A stretch of DNA of 5,617 bases, taken from IMG/VR virus record IMGVR_UViG_3300045988_000590, positions 1 to 5,617 of that record. The stretch is one strand, 5' to 3'. A model generated the notes under the pieces. That model was not told where the DNA came from. It was given only the letters and a program-made list of their open reading frames with translations, and searched no databases. Position numbers and translations under genes: made by a program. The stretch comes from a virus. Numbering within the stretch: position 1 is the stretch's first letter; every line of letters starts with the position of its first letter. Positions 4,754-5,617 of this stretch are shown here, piece after piece.

Positions 4754-4780
4754 AGCCGGGCAAAGACCCGGCTATTTTTA
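4754..4780 (+). terminator. Rho-independent terminator downstream of VP1
   Basis: The 7-bp stem pairs agccggg (4754-4760) with cccggct (4767-4773). The loop is caaaga. It is followed by attttta (five consecutive T at 4775-4779). It begins 11 nt after the VP1 stop. Confidence 0.7.
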
Positions 4781-4781
4781 A

Positions 4782-5617
4782 ATGGGTACACTTTTATCAT
4801 GGATGCCGTACATCATGCAGGGGCTTAGCCTGCTGACAAGCGTTGCAATGAGCTCAAACCAGAGCAGTGCAACAAGCAGCCAGAGAGCCGGAAAAGAAAC
4901 ATCAAGCGGAAGCGAAACAACAACCGGAAGCCTGACAGCACCGCAGCAAATTGGCTCAACACAGATTGGAACACCAACAGGCATCACCACATACAACAAT
5001 CAGGGCAGCGTAAACATGGCAAACGGCATGAGCTTTTTAAGCTCTATTATCAGTAATCTGATGAACGCAGGAAGCCAAGCAAGCGCAAAAAAGTACAACT
5101 CCGCAGAAGCGGCGGCAGAAAGAGCCTTTGCAAAGGAAATGCGCGGCACAGCATATCAGGACACTGTAAAGGACATGATCGCAGCGGGCATCAATCCAAT
5201 ACTAGCGGCAAACAACGGCGCAACAGCAACGCCAAGCGGGGCAAGTGCAAGCATCGGAACACAGCACTACAACCAGCAGAGCGCACAAGCGGCGGCAGTA
5301 TCAGCTATGTACGAATACGGCAACAACACCGCAGAGCTGGCAAACCGATATCTAGAGCTGGCAAAGAAAAGCACCAGTGCAAAGCAGTACCATTCTGCAA
5401 AGAGCTTTAATGAAGCGGCAAGCAGTCTGGCACAATCAAGTGCAAAACAGGTCAGTAATTACAACTATGCGGCAAACAACTTACTCGACGAGCTGGGAGA
5501 CGCAGGAAACAAACTAAGAGACGCAGGAGACAAAGCGGCCGAATCAGCAAAAGGCGCAGGCAGAAAAGCAGCATCGGCCTTTAAAGACAGCTGGGAAAAA
5601 GGCGGGAAAAACATCAC
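4782..5617 (+). CDS. VP2: DNA pilot / minor capsid protein VP2 (5' part; continues through the circular junction to 110)
   Basis: The frame is open from the ATG at 4782 to the window end, so it has no stop and is absent from the ORF track. It contains AERAFAKEMRGTAYQDTVKDMIAAGINPILAA, the conserved TAYQ..v.DM..AG(I/L)NP.LA core of Microviridae VP2/H-like proteins. The flanks are S/T/A/G/Q-rich low-complexity sequence. Other in-frame ATGs are at 4803 and 4815. Confidence 0.9.
   Translation, partial: MGTLLSWMPYIMQGLSLLTSVAMSSNQSSATSSQRAGKETSSGSETTTGSLTAPQQIGSTQIGTPTGITTYNNQGSVNMANGMSFLSSIISNLMNAGSQASAKKYNSAEAAAERAFAKEMRGTAYQDTVKDMIAAGINPILAANNGATATPSGASASIGTQHYNQQSAQAAAVSAMYEYGNNTAELANRYLELAKKSTSAKQYHSAKSFNEAASSLAQSSAKQVSNYNYAANNLLDELGDAGNKLRDAGDKAAESAKGAGRKAASAFKDSWEKGGKNI
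5563..5617. repeat. Right copy of the exact 55-nt terminal direct repeat
   Basis: Identical to 1-55 base for base. Confidence 0.95.

Noticed and set aside
3106-4800. Multiple 60-92-aa minus-strand ORFs (and the + ORF 4259-4507) inside VP1
   Set aside because: All lie within the strongly supported capsid gene. They lack SDs and have cysteine/arginine-rich artefactual translations.
4778-4999. 73-aa minus-strand ORF opposite the VP2 5' region
   Set aside because: It is antisense to a frame with the conserved VP2 motif downstream. It has no SD, and its hydrophobic composition reflects the complement of S/T/A/Q-rich coding sequence.

Overview
The window is one complete, circularly permuted genome of a small ssDNA phage of the family Microviridae (gokushovirus-like). 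The unit length is 5,562 nt. The first 55 nt are repeated exactly at the end (1-55 = 5563-5617), which looks like the assembly overlap of a circle.

All convincing genes are on the A-rich + strand:
- HUH rolling-circle Rep VP4 (611-1609).
- A 38-aa arginine-rich J/ORF8-like DNA-binding protein (1734-1850). It is too short for the ORF track.
- A 35-aa acidic-tailed ORF (1885-1992), which abuts the next gene.
- An M15-family zinc cell-wall peptidase (1994-2389).
- A VP5-like protein (2393-2647).
- A VP3-like scaffold candidate (2634-3065).
- The major capsid protein VP1 (3091-4743).
- The pilot/minor capsid protein VP2 (4782 through the junction to 110). It is missing from the ORF track because it runs off the window.

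A near-consensus sigma70-type promoter (1675-1703) and an intrinsic terminator (4754-4780) bracket the morphogenesis/lysis block.

Points worth a second look:
- An unusually long (~500 nt), highly structured non-coding region (111-610). It holds 9 perfect plus 2 degenerate TTCAACA iteron-like repeats, two adjacent GC hairpins, and a 35-nt alternating CG tract.
- An enzymatic peptidase in a phage family that normally lacks endolysins, with a coupled micro-ORF.
- A VP1 gene whose conserved N-terminus lies upstream of the first ATG, behind an SD-positioned ACG.
- An SD for VP2 that is separated from its ATG by the terminator hairpin.

All homology calls rest on remembered family motifs. No database search was possible.
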